Shown here one piece after another: positions 62,261-64,000 of a DNA stretch of 64,000 nt (the stretch's first letter is position 1; every line of letters begins with the position of its first letter). A model generated the notes under the pieces. The model worked only from the letters and a program-made list of their open reading frames with translations, was not told the origin of the DNA and did no database searches. The stretch spans positions 14,450-78,449 of the forward strand of contig JAFGUF010000045.1 in assembly GCA_016938675.1 (NCBI GenBank). Reading direction: 5' to 3'. This DNA is from Clostridia bacterium. Lineage in GTDB: Bacteria > Bacillota > Clostridia > Christensenellales > UMGS416. Made by a program: the position numbers and the translations under genes.

Positions 62261-63874
62261 CTATTGATTAATTGTTTTTATAAATTCATAATAATTTTTT
62301 GATTTAATAAGCCTTTCCACTTTTCCACTTGCACTTATCAAATCAAAAAAACTTTCAAATATCTGCTTTACGTTGGTTTTTGATGCCCTTGTGATATTTA
62401 TTAGAAATATCAGCTGCACCCTTTCACCGTTCCAGTCAATCGGCCTTTTCAGTATTCCCGCGGCAACTGCGTCCTCTCCTGCTCCTTTGCTTATTGCATG
62501 TGGTATTGCAACCATGTTACCAATTGATGTGGACGAGATGTTTTCCCTCTCAAATACATCCTGCAGAAAATCATTGCCTGCATAACCGTTTGTTTGCATT
62601 ATATCGTAGAGCTGCTTTATCGCTTCATGCTTGCTGAACGCTTCAAAGTCTTTTAAGAAAAGATCCTCCCTAAATAAATTATTAAACTGGTAGCCTACGC
62701 TTTCTGCCTGCTCAATCTGCTTTATCGCTGTCTGTATTTTCAGCACATCATAGTCTTTGAACAGTGGGTTTATCACTATCACCGGAGCATCGGAGCTTTC
62801 TATTGCTGTTGTTGATATTATTATCTCCGGCTTTAGTTCAGCAGCTTTTTGAACCTTATACAGAGGAAAAAATCCAACAATATTAAATTTAGGAAAATAC
62901 CTCTTTATTTTTGTCTCAAGAAGCTTTCTTTCAATAATTCCTGACTGGCATAATACAGCTACATCACGTTCTTTAAGCTCCTTTTCTAGCATGTCCTGCT
63001 CTTGGGCACATGCAAGCAGCATAACAACCCTTATCAGTTCGTCCGCCCCATATCGAAGACCTGTTTTTCTGCTCATAATGTTAAGTAAGCTGGCAGCTAT
63101 CTCAAGCATTAGCGGATATTCTCTGCTGATTTCAGATATTGTGTATTCGCTATAGGATTCTCTGTGCTCTATCGTAATCGCTCTGCAAAGATTCCTCTTA
63201 ATTTCATCTGAAAAAGCGAAACTATACATACCGGTTAGTTCGTCTATAGCGCTTTCAAATACCTTATCATAGTTTTTCTCAGCAGCTTTATCTGCCTCAT
63301 CTGTGAAGAAATCTTTCAAATAATCTGCTGCATACCTCTGCTCATAAATGCTAGAGGATATTTCTATCGCTGATGTTTCCAGCAGAAGCGAAAGTTCCCT
63401 GCTTATGCTTCCGGTATCTTTATCATATGAGTCAAGGACATGCCCTCTTCGGTTTCTGAAAACTACAACTGTAATAAAAACTATAACAGCGTCAAATTCA
63501 TCTCCTGTTAAACTAATACCATTAGATTCTGTAAACTCATGTACCTTTTCCTTTATATCAGAGAAAATCTCTGATAGTTCTTTGCTTTTTATATTTTGCC
63601 CTAAGGAGCGAGATTTAGCTGCCTTTGAAAGAAAATCCATGTACACTTTTCTGATCGTGATTTCGTTTCCTTGAATTTTTATATCTTTTCCTGTTTTTTT
63701 GCTTAACCTAAGGCCCTTTTCTTTCAATATTTCGTTGGCCATCAAAAGGTCTCTGCCGAAAGTGGATTTGCTTATGTAAAGCTCTGCAGCTATGCTATCT
63801 GATGAAATGCCTTCCGGATTCAGAATAAGCTGCTCAATAATATAGTCTACACGGCTGCCTGGCATAATCGGCAC
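62261..63874 (-). CDS. PRD-domain transcriptional activator (MtlR/LicR/BglG-family) with EIIB-like and EIIA-like C-terminal domains
   Basis: It has an N-terminal HTH (GISSDSIAAELYISKSTFGRDL) and a PRD region. The EIIB-like block is VAVLCQSG and the EIIA-like block VAIPHAISKG. The tracked start is a GTG at 63874, but the ATG at 63865 is equally plausible. The frame stays open to the window edge, so the 5' end is uncertain. Confidence 0.8.
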   Translation of the reverse strand: MPIMPGSRVDYIIEQLILNPEGISSDSIAAELYISKSTFGRDLLMANEILKEKGLRLSKKTGKDIKIQGNEITIRKVYMDFLSKAAKSRSLGQNIKSKELSEIFSDIKEKVHEFTESNGISLTGDEFDAVIVFITVVVFRNRRGHVLDSYDKDTGSISRELSLLLETSAIEISSSIYEQRYAADYLKDFFTDEADKAAEKNYDKVFESAIDELTGMYSFAFSDEIKRNLCRAITIEHRESYSEYTISEISREYPLMLEIAASLLNIMSRKTGLRYGADELIRVVMLLACAQEQDMLEKELKERDVAVLCQSGIIERKLLETKIKRYFPKFNIVGFFPLYKVQKAAELKPEIIISTTAIESSDAPVIVINPLFKDYDVLKIQTAIKQIEQAESVGYQFNNLFREDLFLKDFEAFSKHEAIKQLYDIMQTNGYAGNDFLQDVFERENISSTSIGNMVAIPHAISKGAGEDAVAAGILKRPIDWNGERVQLIFLINITRASKTNVKQIFESFFDLISASGKVERLIKSKNYYEFIKTINQ

Positions 63875-64000
63875 TATATAATCCTTGCTTATATCTGCCG
63901 CCTTTATAACCGCTGCCTTATTATCGTCAGGAATATAATAACCGCTACCCGGAACAGAATATATGAAGATTCTTTCAGGACTTAACTTATTGTTTATCTC

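Noticed and set aside
1-64000. Search for CRISPR arrays, tRNA/rRNA genes, IS elements, integrases, prophage or toxin-antitoxin/defence gene pairs
   Set aside because: I did not recognise any regularly spaced direct repeats, cloverleaf-like GC-rich segments, transposase or recombinase motifs, or small paired ORFs. The window looks like core chromosome plus metabolic accessory operons. This is a visual scan only, not a computed one.

Overview
Low-GC chromosomal segment that looks like a strictly anaerobic Firmicute (Clostridia-type), judging from a perfect CIRCE operator, AGGAGG-type ribosome-binding sites and the gene content. I count about 50 protein genes, almost all on the minus strand and many joined by 4-nt ATGA overlaps. 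I did not recognise any rRNA, tRNA, CRISPR array, transposase, integrase or phage gene. Blocks from left to right: (1) a vWA lipoprotein, plsC and small membrane or secreted proteins. (2) A 13-gene Mrp-antiporter plus NuoB/C/D/H/I cluster in the archaeal Mbx/Mbs gene order. Its NuoD-like subunit has CxxE in place of both NiFe CxxC motifs, its last gene fuses a NuoI-type ferredoxin module to a GltD/NfnB-type NAD(P)H flavoprotein, and an ArsR-family regulator and palindromic operator sit in front. (3) A GPH transporter plus GNAT-like gene. (4) A lipA-lplA-nadA-nadB-nadC string. (5) A candidate exopolysaccharide module: a GH18-like protein, a di-iron MBL-fold / degenerate GGDEF / pseudo-receiver sensor, a processive GT2 synthase with a ~495-aa HEAT-repeat extension, and a 1057-aa membrane-anchored GH-A-like protein. 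(6) Adenine deaminase. (7) A TetR-controlled uronate-type utilisation operon: GPH transporter, GH88/GH105 hydrolase, TIM-barrel isomerase and two ~650-aa membrane-anchored paralogs of unknown family. (8) A Nox/CoADR-like flavoprotein, GH43 and a heterodimeric ABC exporter. (9) hsp20 under a consensus promoter plus CIRCE, uvsE, a cytochrome-b5-like lipoprotein pair and csp. (10) An Fpg/Nei-like protein lacking the catalytic Pro2, coupled to a HEAT-repeat protein. (11) A PRD-regulator / Fru-type PTS EIIA-B-C / GH38 alpha-mannosidase operon that also carries ptsH-ptsI. The best candidates for undescribed biology are blocks 2, 5 and 7. All functional calls come from motif recognition by eye. No database search was possible.
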